Shown here one piece after another: positions 56,706 through 64,000 of a DNA stretch of 64,000 bases. This DNA comes from Patescibacteria group bacterium. GTDB taxonomy: Bacteria > Patescibacteriota > Patescibacteriia > Magasanikbacterales > GWA2-37-8. How positions within the stretch are numbered: position 1 is the stretch's first letter; every line of letters begins with the position of its first letter. The notes under the pieces were generated by a model, which had not been told where the DNA came from, made no database searches, and saw only the letters and a list, made by a program, of their open reading frames with translations. A program made the position numbers and the translations under genes. The DNA is taken from positions 142,337 to 206,336 of the forward strand of contig JAKLGL010000002.1 of the NCBI GenBank assembly GCA_022710645.1, given 5' to 3'.

Positions 56706-56955
56706 AATTTACAATAAATTTACGGCCTCAAAACACCCTGTTCATTGTTTAGGAATTTCAAGGTTTAGATATAAAACTTAATTAAAGTACTTAAATATTA
56801 GCACATTTTTCAAATTAGTCAACACCCTAACGATTACTTTATCTACAACCAGTATCCACAGGTAAAATTTTATGCTATAATAAAACAAGAACGAACAAAC
56901 GGGAGGTTGTTCAGATTTTTTTGGTATATTACTTAAAATTCACCTTTTTTTACTT

Positions 56956-58680
56956 ATGCTTCCAGCAAATATCGTAGAAAAAATAGTTTTAAAATGCAAT
57001 TTGGGTCCGGATATGGAGGTTTGCAAAAACCTAAAGGATGAATCGGAAAAAACCGAAACCCCGCTTATTGAACTTCTTTTATCAAAAAACTTGGTTGATG
57101 AGAGTTCTTTGTTTACCAAAGCCGGAGAAATATTAAACGTACCTTTTGTCAGTTTGAAAGGCAGAGATATTCGTCGTGATATTTTAAACCTTATTCCATC
57201 CCCTGTCGCCAACGCCAACAACGTAGTGGCTTTTGATAAAAACGAAAAAGAAATTTTATTGGCCATGACCGATCCGACAGATTTGCAAACTGCGGAATTT
57301 ATCCGTCGTAAAACAGGGCTTGAACCGAAAATTCATATAACTACTTTTTCCGATCTCAAAGACGCATTACACCGCTATCATGCCGGTTTGGAAGAAGAGA
57401 TGAAAATAATTCAAGAAAACAAAGACGAGGAAGAAACCGGCGATCTCAAAAAAGCCGCCGAGGAATTACCTATCATCAATATAGTTAGCAGTATTTTGGA
57501 ACACGCTGTTTATGAAGGAGCTTCCGATATTCATATAGAGCCCAATGAAAAAGAGTTGGCAATTCGCTATCGTATTGATGGTATTTTAAAATCGGTTATG
57601 AGTTTGCCGAAAAATTTTCAGAGTGGGATTGTTGCCAGAATTAAAATTTTGGCCAATTTAAAAATCGATGAACACATGGTGCCACAGGACGGACGTTTTA
57701 AAATACAATTACAAGCCGATAAAATGGCTTTTCGTGTCTCAATAATTCCGGTTTACGATGGTGAAAAAATAGTTATGCGTTTATTGCCCGAGGGAGCTAA
57801 ACCTCTCACTTTGGACCAACTCGGTTTTCTGCCAAGTGTAAAAATATTAGTAGAAAATGCCATTAAAAAACCAAACGGGATGATTTTGGTGACCGGTCCT
57901 ACAGGTAGTGGAAAAACAACCACACTTTATTCGGTGCTCGGAATTTTAAATCAACCCGGAGTTAATATTTCCACTATTGAAGATCCTATCGAATACCGTA
58001 TTCAGGGAGTCAACCAGAGTCAAATAAATCCCAAAATAGGTTTTACCTTCGCTTCCGGATTGCGCGCCTTTTTACGTCAAGACCCCAACATTATCATGGT
58101 CGGAGAAATCCGCGATCAAGAAACCGCTGAAATAGCCGTTCACGCCGCCATGACGGGTCACTTGGTGCTTTCAACACTTCATACCAATGATGCTCCGACT
58201 ACCATTCCTCGTTTAACAGACATGGGCGTTCCTCCTTTTTTGGTTTCTTATACCACCAATATAGTTATGGCTCAAAGATTAGTTAGAAAAATTTGCCCTT
58301 ACTGTAAAAAAGAATACAAGCTTGATCGCGCTTCAATCGACGCTCTTTTGAAAGCCTTCGATGCTGAAAGGATAACCACTATATTGAAAGAAAACAATCT
58401 CTTAAAAGAAGGTGAAAAAAATTTGGAAGAAATGGTTTTTTACAAAGGCGAAGGTTGTTCACGTTGTAATAATTCCGGACACAAGGGTCGCGTTGGTATT
58501 TACGAAGTTATGGAGGTTAATCAAGAAATAATCCACAAAATCAACGAACATGCCGATTCCAACGCATTAAAAGATACCGCTCGTAAAAACGGGATGATTA
58601 CTATGAGTGAAGACGGTTTGATAAAAGCCAAAATGGGAGTAACTACGATAGCGGAAATCTTGAGAGTAACAAAAGAATAA
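56956..58680 (+). CDS. pilB: Type IV pilus assembly ATPase (GspE/PilB family)
   Basis: T2SSE_N-like N-terminus; LVTGPTGSGKTTTLYS (Walker A); tetracysteine CPYCK...CSRCN. Confidence 0.9.
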   Translation: MLPANIVEKIVLKCNLGPDMEVCKNLKDESEKTETPLIELLLSKNLVDESSLFTKAGEILNVPFVSLKGRDIRRDILNLIPSPVANANNVVAFDKNEKEILLAMTDPTDLQTAEFIRRKTGLEPKIHITTFSDLKDALHRYHAGLEEEMKIIQENKDEEETGDLKKAAEELPIINIVSSILEHAVYEGASDIHIEPNEKELAIRYRIDGILKSVMSLPKNFQSGIVARIKILANLKIDEHMVPQDGRFKIQLQADKMAFRVSIIPVYDGEKIVMRLLPEGAKPLTLDQLGFLPSVKILVENAIKKPNGMILVTGPTGSGKTTTLYSVLGILNQPGVNISTIEDPIEYRIQGVNQSQINPKIGFTFASGLRAFLRQDPNIIMVGEIRDQETAEIAVHAAMTGHLVLSTLHTNDAPTTIPRLTDMGVPPFLVSYTTNIVMAQRLVRKICPYCKKEYKLDRASIDALLKAFDAERITTILKENNLLKEGEKNLEEMVFYKGEGCSRCNNSGHKGRVGIYEVMEVNQEIIHKINEHADSNALKDTARKNGMITMSEDGLIKAKMGVTTIAEILRVTKE

Positions 58681-58712
58681 ACTTAAATAAAAACTTATTT
58701 TAAATCTTTTAA

Positions 58713-59822
58713 ATGTTTTGTATGGGGGGCAAACAACTTTCTCCTTTTGAAATCAAACTCAATAAACTCGTTTCTCGATATTTAACCGGGGTGTCTTTTG
58801 TAGAAAAAATGATGTTTGTTCATCATCTACAAATCATGACTAAGGCCGGTTTGTCCATCATCACTTCGCTAAAAATTCTCAGTGAAGAAACGGAAAATAA
58901 AAAATTAAAACTGATAATAGCCGAAATCAAAGCCGAAGTTGAAAAAGGACAACAACTCAGTGTGGCTCTCGCCAAATATCCCAAGGTTTTTCCTCCGGTT
59001 TATGTCAGCATGATAGCGGCCGGAGAAATAGCGGGAAAATTGGAAGAAGCTTTAACAGAGGTTTCCGCTCAAATGAAAAAATCTCACGAGTTAATGTCAA
59101 AAGTTAAAGGCGCCATGATTTATCCTTCGGTTATTCTTTCCGCCATGGTAGGCATAGCTTTCTTTGTTGTGCTTTATATCTTTCCAAAAATTTTGGTGAT
59201 GTTTGAAGAAACCAACGCCACTCTCCCCTTGCCGACTCGAGCTTTGATGTTTATCACCAAATTCATGCAAAACAATTGGTATTGGGTTTTAATCATTTTA
59301 GCGCTTATAATTTACGCTTACTTTCAAGCCATGAAAGCCGCGCCTTTTAAAAAAGCGGTACATTCTTTGCGTCTTAAATTACCTATTGCCGGAAATATTG
59401 TTAAAAAAATAAATTTAGCCAACTTTACATTAACACTTTGTTCGTTGCTCAAAAGTACGATTCCGATAATTGAAGCTGTAAAAATTTCCTCCGATGTTTT
59501 GGGTAATGTTATTTATAAAGAAAAACTAAAAGAAGCTTCCGAATCTTTAAAAAAAGGTATCAGTCTTTCCGAGGTCTTAGCTCGACATCCGGAAGTTTTT
59601 CCGCCCATGGTTACAGAAATGATAATGGTCGGTGAACAAACCGGTAATACGGAAAAAATGCTTAACGAACTGTCCGAATATTACAACAGCGAAGTTAGTG
59701 AAACCATGACTAATTTTACTTCCATTATCGAACCGGTTATTATTTTGGCTCTCGGCTTGGGCGTAGCCGGCATAGCGGTGGCGGTCATCATGCCTATGTA
59801 TTCTCTGGCTCAAAGTATTTAA
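58713..59822 (+). CDS. pilC: Type IV pilus platform protein (GspF/PilC family)
   Basis: Two T2SSF repeats, ...LSVALAKYPKVFPPVYVSMIAAGE... and ...LSEVLARHPEVFPPMVTEMIMVGEQTG... Confidence 0.85.
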   Translation: MFCMGGKQLSPFEIKLNKLVSRYLTGVSFVEKMMFVHHLQIMTKAGLSIITSLKILSEETENKKLKLIIAEIKAEVEKGQQLSVALAKYPKVFPPVYVSMIAAGEIAGKLEEALTEVSAQMKKSHELMSKVKGAMIYPSVILSAMVGIAFFVVLYIFPKILVMFEETNATLPLPTRALMFITKFMQNNWYWVLIILALIIYAYFQAMKAAPFKKAVHSLRLKLPIAGNIVKKINLANFTLTLCSLLKSTIPIIEAVKISSDVLGNVIYKEKLKEASESLKKGISLSEVLARHPEVFPPMVTEMIMVGEQTGNTEKMLNELSEYYNSEVSETMTNFTSIIEPVIILALGLGVAGIAVAVIMPMYSLAQSI

Positions 59823-59825
59823 AAT

Positions 59826-60932
59826 ATGTTGCTTATAAATAATCCTTTTTACGGAGCGTTTGGACTGGATTTTGGAGATTCTTCCATAAAACTGGTACAA
59901 ATTCTCAAAAAATTCAATTTGCGCGGACGACCGACTTATGAACTTAAACATTTGCGCAAAGTAGAACTTTTGCCCGGCTGTATAGCGCAAGGAGAGATTT
60001 TGCAAACCGAAGCCGTAAAGCAAAAAGTCCTTCATCTTCTGGGATACGAAGGAACCGAATTCAAAAAAATAACTTCGCCTTGGGTTGTTTTTGATTTACC
60101 GGTGACAAAAACTTTTTTGAAATTAATAGAAATAAAAACACCCCCACTGCAATTAACCGAGGAAGATGTAAAGTTAGAAGCCGTCAAACACGTGCCTTTT
60201 GATATCAAAGAAACTTATTTGGATTGGCAAATAATAAACAAACACGAAGAAGAGGCTGTATCTTCCAAAGTTTTACTCGGAGCGGCGCCTAAAACAATAG
60301 TCGATTCTTATTTGGAAATTTTGGAAAGCATAGGTCTCAATCCGGTCGCCACTGAACTGGAAGACTTGTCCATAGCAAGAGCCATGATCACCTGCAATAA
60401 AACTTACATGGGTGAAGCTCGGGCGATTCTCGATTTGGGCGCTTCTCGCTCAACCATAATAATTTACGACAAAGGAAGTATTCAATTCAGCAAAATGATA
60501 AATTTTTCCGGAGATCTCATTGATACGGCTCTGATGCAAAATCTCAAAATAGATCGAGCGACCGCGGAAAGTCTAAAAAATAAAAACGGTTTGACTTACG
60601 ATCCGGCTTATCCTCTTTATCTAAAAACCGTCAGTGAATTAACGGAACAACTTTTGTCCGACATTACCAAGGCCGTGACTTACTATCATAATCATTTTCC
60701 GGAACCCAATCCGGTAACCCACATCACAATGTCCGGAGGAGTTTCCGCTTTAAAAAATTTGGAAAAAATAATTACCAAAAAATTGGCGGTTGGCGCATAT
60801 CCCGGTAACGCTTGGAAAAATATTTATAATGAAAAACTTATCGGCAGAGATCGTTACGAACTCTTGACCTATGCTTCAGCCATCGGTCTGGGGTTGCGCG
60901 CCGCCGAAGAACCGAGAAATTCCAAACACTAA
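59826..60932 (+). CDS. pilM: Type IV pilus assembly protein PilM (actin-like ATPase fold)
   Basis: FGLDFGDSSIKLVQI...LDLGASRSTIIIYDKG. Confidence 0.8.
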   Translation: MLLINNPFYGAFGLDFGDSSIKLVQILKKFNLRGRPTYELKHLRKVELLPGCIAQGEILQTEAVKQKVLHLLGYEGTEFKKITSPWVVFDLPVTKTFLKLIEIKTPPLQLTEEDVKLEAVKHVPFDIKETYLDWQIINKHEEEAVSSKVLLGAAPKTIVDSYLEILESIGLNPVATELEDLSIARAMITCNKTYMGEARAILDLGASRSTIIIYDKGSIQFSKMINFSGDLIDTALMQNLKIDRATAESLKNKNGLTYDPAYPLYLKTVSELTEQLLSDITKAVTYYHNHFPEPNPVTHITMSGGVSALKNLEKIITKKLAVGAYPGNAWKNIYNEKLIGRDRYELLTYASAIGLGLRAAEEPRNSKH

Positions 60933-60936
60933 ACAT

Positions 60937-61464
60937 ATGATGATTTTAAACTTAAATCTTCTGCCTCTGAACAAGAAAAAAGAATTAAAAATCCTTACCA
61001 GAATAAATTTGGTAAAAAATTTTTTTGTTCACTCTTTTCAAATTTTATTTGTATTTTTATGTTTTCTGTTGATTTTTTATTACAATTTAAATCAACAACT
61101 GACAAATCTCAACAAAAGCAGAACTCTCATTAACAGTAATTTTGCGGAATACAACAAAGAAATTAACGAATTAAACAAAAATATCGGCACTATCAATGTA
61201 GCCGGTGAGCGCTTTCAAGAATTGACGCCTAAATTTTTGGAAATGCTCCAAATTGTTCCGGAAAATATAAAAATAACTTCTTTGTCTTTAAGTTTAGATA
61301 AAAAAGCCATTTTTATTCCCGGCGTGGCAAAAAATAGAGACGCCTTATTGTCTTATGGTGAAGCGTTAAAAAAAATACCTTGGATAAAAAATATCGACAT
61401 TCCAAAAACTCAGCTTTTACAAAAAGAAAACATTTCCTTTAACATCGGTGTCGAGCTAAAATAA
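60937..61464 (+). CDS. PilN-like pilus assembly protein
   Basis: Start taken at MMILNLNLLP; single transmembrane segment plus periplasmic domain; position after pilM. Confidence 0.55.
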   Translation: MMILNLNLLPLNKKKELKILTRINLVKNFFVHSFQILFVFLCFLLIFYYNLNQQLTNLNKSRTLINSNFAEYNKEINELNKNIGTINVAGERFQELTPKFLEMLQIVPENIKITSLSLSLDKKAIFIPGVAKNRDALLSYGEALKKIPWIKNIDIPKTQLLQKENISFNIGVELK

Positions 61465-61468
61465 AATT

Positions 61469-62014
61469 ATGAATAAAGATTTTTTAAAACAATTAAAAGT
61501 AATTATTCTCTTGTTTGTTTTGCTTGATGGAGCGATAGGTTTTGGAGTTTATAAAGTAGAAAAAATGATTCAAGCCAAAGATCAAGAAATAAAAAATTAT
61601 TTGCAAGAATTGGAAAGAAAGAGTCGTGGATCGCAAAATTTAAAAGAGGCTTTGGCGCGAGTACGCAACACCAAAGCTACAATGAACGATTATGAAAAAT
61701 ATCTTTTTCGTTCCGGACAAGAATTGGATTTGATCACTGATTTGGAAAATATCGCCGCCAAAAATAAAATTAACCAAAAAATAGAGTCTTCTAACTTGGA
61801 TAAAATAAGTGATAATACCATAACTTTGAATTTAAGAGCTTCCGGATCTTATAAAAATATTTTGAGTTACTTGGCCGACCTGGAAAATTATGACTATTTT
61901 TTACAAATCACATCATTGGACTTGAATCCGGTTTATGATTTGAAGAATCCGGACAATTCCGTCGGCGCACTTACTGATTTACGCATAAGTTTAAAATTGT
62001 ATGTCAACTCTTAA
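61469..62014 (+). CDS. PilO-like pilus assembly protein
   Basis: N-terminal transmembrane segment, coiled coil, then C-terminal domain; operon position. Confidence 0.5.
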   Translation: MNKDFLKQLKVIILLFVLLDGAIGFGVYKVEKMIQAKDQEIKNYLQELERKSRGSQNLKEALARVRNTKATMNDYEKYLFRSGQELDLITDLENIAAKNKINQKIESSNLDKISDNTITLNLRASGSYKNILSYLADLENYDYFLQITSLDLNPVYDLKNPDNSVGALTDLRISLKLYVNS

Positions 62015-62420
62015 AACTACACCCTGGACAAAACGATTAGCAAAAAAAATAAGTGAAATTACCGTTCAAAACAAAGATGAACTTTTTGTTTGGAAAGCCA
62101 TAACCCTTTTTACCCTGTTTTTGATGGCATTGTCGGCTTTTTATTTTGTACGCCTAAGTTACGAAAAAACGAACGCTTTACTTGATCAAACCAGCGATAC
62201 GGTAGTGAGTAAATCGGGATTTAGCATTGAAAATATCGATTTGGATGCTTTTGAAAAAGCGGCCGCGCTTATAGAATACAAAAAAAACCCCTTGACATTA
62301 CCGACAAAAATTCGTAATATTTTCTTTTATGAGAACTACGAAAACATTTCTTATACTCCGAATAAAAAAGATTTCTTAGCTCCCACTTCAACTTTAAGCA
62401 ATCCTGTTTTGTCCGAATAA
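62001..62420 (+). CDS. Hypothetical membrane-anchored protein in the pil operon, possibly PilP-like
   Basis: 139 aa, single transmembrane segment; overlaps the pilO stop. Confidence 0.4.
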   Translation: MSTLKTTPWTKRLAKKISEITVQNKDELFVWKAITLFTLFLMALSAFYFVRLSYEKTNALLDQTSDTVVSKSGFSIENIDLDAFEKAAALIEYKKNPLTLPTKIRNIFFYENYENISYTPNKKDFLAPTSTLSNPVLSE

Positions 62421-62427
62421 TTTTACA

Positions 62428-63636
62428 ATGTCGCAAAATACTCAAAAAAATTGGTTTATTCTGGGTAACAATCCCGAACTATCCGCCGCTGAAATAAGCG
62501 CGGTTTTAAATTTGGACAAATTTGAAAAAAAAGATTTTCAACCACCTCTATTGGTTGTAGAAAAAAAATTTGATGCAAAAGAATTGATCAAAAAACTTGG
62601 TGGAACAATCAAAATTACCGAAGAAATCGGAGAAAATAAAAATCAACAAGAACTCGTTTCTCTAATTATCAACGATTTAAAAAAACAGAATGGCAAAATC
62701 CATTTTGGACTTAGCGATTATTCTTTTAAATCTTCAGAAAATTTATATCGTTTAAAAAAAATCGGTTTAGCAATAAAAAAAGAACTAAAACAACTAGGAC
62801 TATCGGTGCGTTTTGCTTTTAATAACGAGCAAATCCTTTCTTCGGTTTCCGTAGACAAAAACGATTTGATAAAAAAAGGTGGAGAATATATTTATATTTG
62901 GAAACCTTCGGGATTTTCCGTCGCCAAAACCGTTGCTGTTCAGCCTTTCGAAAGTTTCGGTTCTCGCGATTTCGGCCGTCCAGGAAGAGACAGTTTAAGC
63001 GGTATGTTGCCCCCAAAATTAGCCCTAATAATGCTAAATTTGGCTAAATCTACCCCCTCTGACACGCTTTTGGATCCTTTTTGCGGTTCCGGCACCATAA
63101 TCAACGAAGCCATTGCTCTGGGAATAAAAAATATAATTGGGACTGATAATTCAGAGCGCGCAATCAAAGACACTCAGCAAAATGTCGAATGGTTAAAATC
63201 CCAATCAATTATCAAAGACCAATTATCAACTTTTGATTCTTTTGTTTCTCCAGTAGAAAATCTCTCCAACCATTTGAAAAAAAACAGTATAGATAAAATT
63301 ATTACTGAACCGTATCTTGGTAAACCACTCAAAGGAAATGAAAAATATGAAACTCTCGTCCATCAAGCCAATGATTTGAAAATTTTATATTTACAAGCGT
63401 TTACCGAATTCAAGAAAATTTTAAAACCCGGCGGTACAGTCGTTTTTATTATCCCTTGTTTTAAACAAGGCAACAATTGGATTAGGATAGGTTTAGAAAA
63501 TGAATTGCTAAAAATTGGTTTTAAATCCAATCCCCTTTTAAAATTAAACGATAAAGAATACGGATATTTTCTTTATGCGCGGCCAGATCAGAAAGTCGGA
63601 CGAGAGATTTGGAAATTCGTAAATCTTGACAAATAG
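62428..63636 (+). CDS. SAM-dependent RNA methyltransferase, Trm11/N2-guanine-MTase-like
   Basis: LLDPFCGSGTIINEA (motif I) and ITEPYLGKPLKG (a DPPY-like motif IV). Confidence 0.6.
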   Translation: MSQNTQKNWFILGNNPELSAAEISAVLNLDKFEKKDFQPPLLVVEKKFDAKELIKKLGGTIKITEEIGENKNQQELVSLIINDLKKQNGKIHFGLSDYSFKSSENLYRLKKIGLAIKKELKQLGLSVRFAFNNEQILSSVSVDKNDLIKKGGEYIYIWKPSGFSVAKTVAVQPFESFGSRDFGRPGRDSLSGMLPPKLALIMLNLAKSTPSDTLLDPFCGSGTIINEAIALGIKNIIGTDNSERAIKDTQQNVEWLKSQSIIKDQLSTFDSFVSPVENLSNHLKKNSIDKIITEPYLGKPLKGNEKYETLVHQANDLKILYLQAFTEFKKILKPGGTVVFIIPCFKQGNNWIRIGLENELLKIGFKSNPLLKLNDKEYGYFLYARPDQKVGREIWKFVNLDK

Positions 63637-63668
63637 GCGAAAATTTGGCACAATACGCACACAAAAAA

Positions 63669-63742
63669 GGGCCTGTAGCGTAGCTGGCTAGCGCGTCTCC
63701 ATGGCATGGAGAAGGTCAGGGGTTCGAATCCCCTCAGGTCCA
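63669..63742 (+). tRNA. tRNA-Ala, anticodon GGC
   Basis: GGGCCTGTAGCGTAGCTGGCTAGCGCGTCTCCATGGCATGGAGAAGGTCAGGGGTTCGAATCCCCTCAGGTCCA. Confidence 0.8.
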
Positions 63743-63890
63743 CACAGAGTCTGCCGAAGGCAGACGACAGGGATGAGAACGCCGGAGCGATGTCGAGCGA
63801 TACATACGAGTGAGCGAGACCGCGAGGCGGTGGCCAGACAAAATTTTCGGAAGAAAATTTTAGTCGCGGCCGAATCCCCTCAGGTCCACA
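63743..63890 (+). mobile_element. tRNA-linked non-coding module ending in a 19-bp copy of the tRNA-Ala 3' end; shares box1 and box2 with the tRNA-Leu(TAA) locus
   Basis: Hairpin GTCTGCC-gaa-GGCAGAC, box1 GGGATGAGAACGCCGGAGCGAT (63770-63791), box2 CGCGAGGCGGTGGCCAG (63821-63837), then GAATCCCCTCAGGTCCACA (63872-63890) against the tRNA 3' end 63724-63742. Confidence 0.55.
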
Positions 63891-63920
63891 AAAAAAGAAT
63901 TCCTTTCGGAATTCTTTTAA
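63891..63920 (+). terminator. Terminator
   Basis: GAATTCC-tttc-GGAATTC followed by TTTT. Confidence 0.6.
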
Positions 63921-64000
63921 TATTAAATTTAATATTTATTAAATTACTCTTGCTTTTTATTTCAATTTAAGCAATAATATTCAATATATAAAACTTTATA

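Overview
A low-GC (~35%), gene-dense bacterial window whose overall features suggest a Candidate Phyla Radiation / Patescibacteria-like genome; that assignment is inference. Much of the window is housekeeping: the str operon (rpsL-rpsG-fusA), a block glmS / glmU-like / HAD / fba / HD, a 23S-5S rRNA operon on the minus strand with no 16S anywhere in the window, rpsO-NYN-pnp, rpsF-ssb-rpsR-efp, an nrdD-nrdG anaerobic ribonucleotide reductase pair with an NrdR-like box, ruvB, and 8 tRNAs. The accessory content is rich. (1) 23.7-28.8 kb holds a tandem, same-strand array of 11 paralogous small signal-peptide membrane proteins with a conserved two-helix core and an '...YAGFLWMTAGGDEGKIEKAK...' loop. 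They look like VirB2/TrbC-type pilin-like proteins, several carry divergent cysteine-rich C-terminal tails, and a 12th paralog sits at 21.3 kb. (2) Type IV pilus genes lie in two places: large prepilin-like proteins at 31.1-35.1 kb and pilB-pilC-pilM-pilN-pilO at 57-62 kb. (3) At least three tRNAs (His, Leu-TAA, Ala) are followed by short non-coding modules that end in a direct copy of the tRNA's own 3' end, and the Leu-TAA and Ala modules share conserved boxes. (4) Several families of intergenic palindromic or repeat elements occur. (5) Defence/nuclease genes (SRA-HNH, EndoQ-like) and a GC-rich, probably foreign gene sit next to a tRNA pair. (6) A 1235-aa multi-domain glycosyltransferase lies next to a MOP flippase. 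Coordinates of RNA genes and start codons are hand-derived and approximate.
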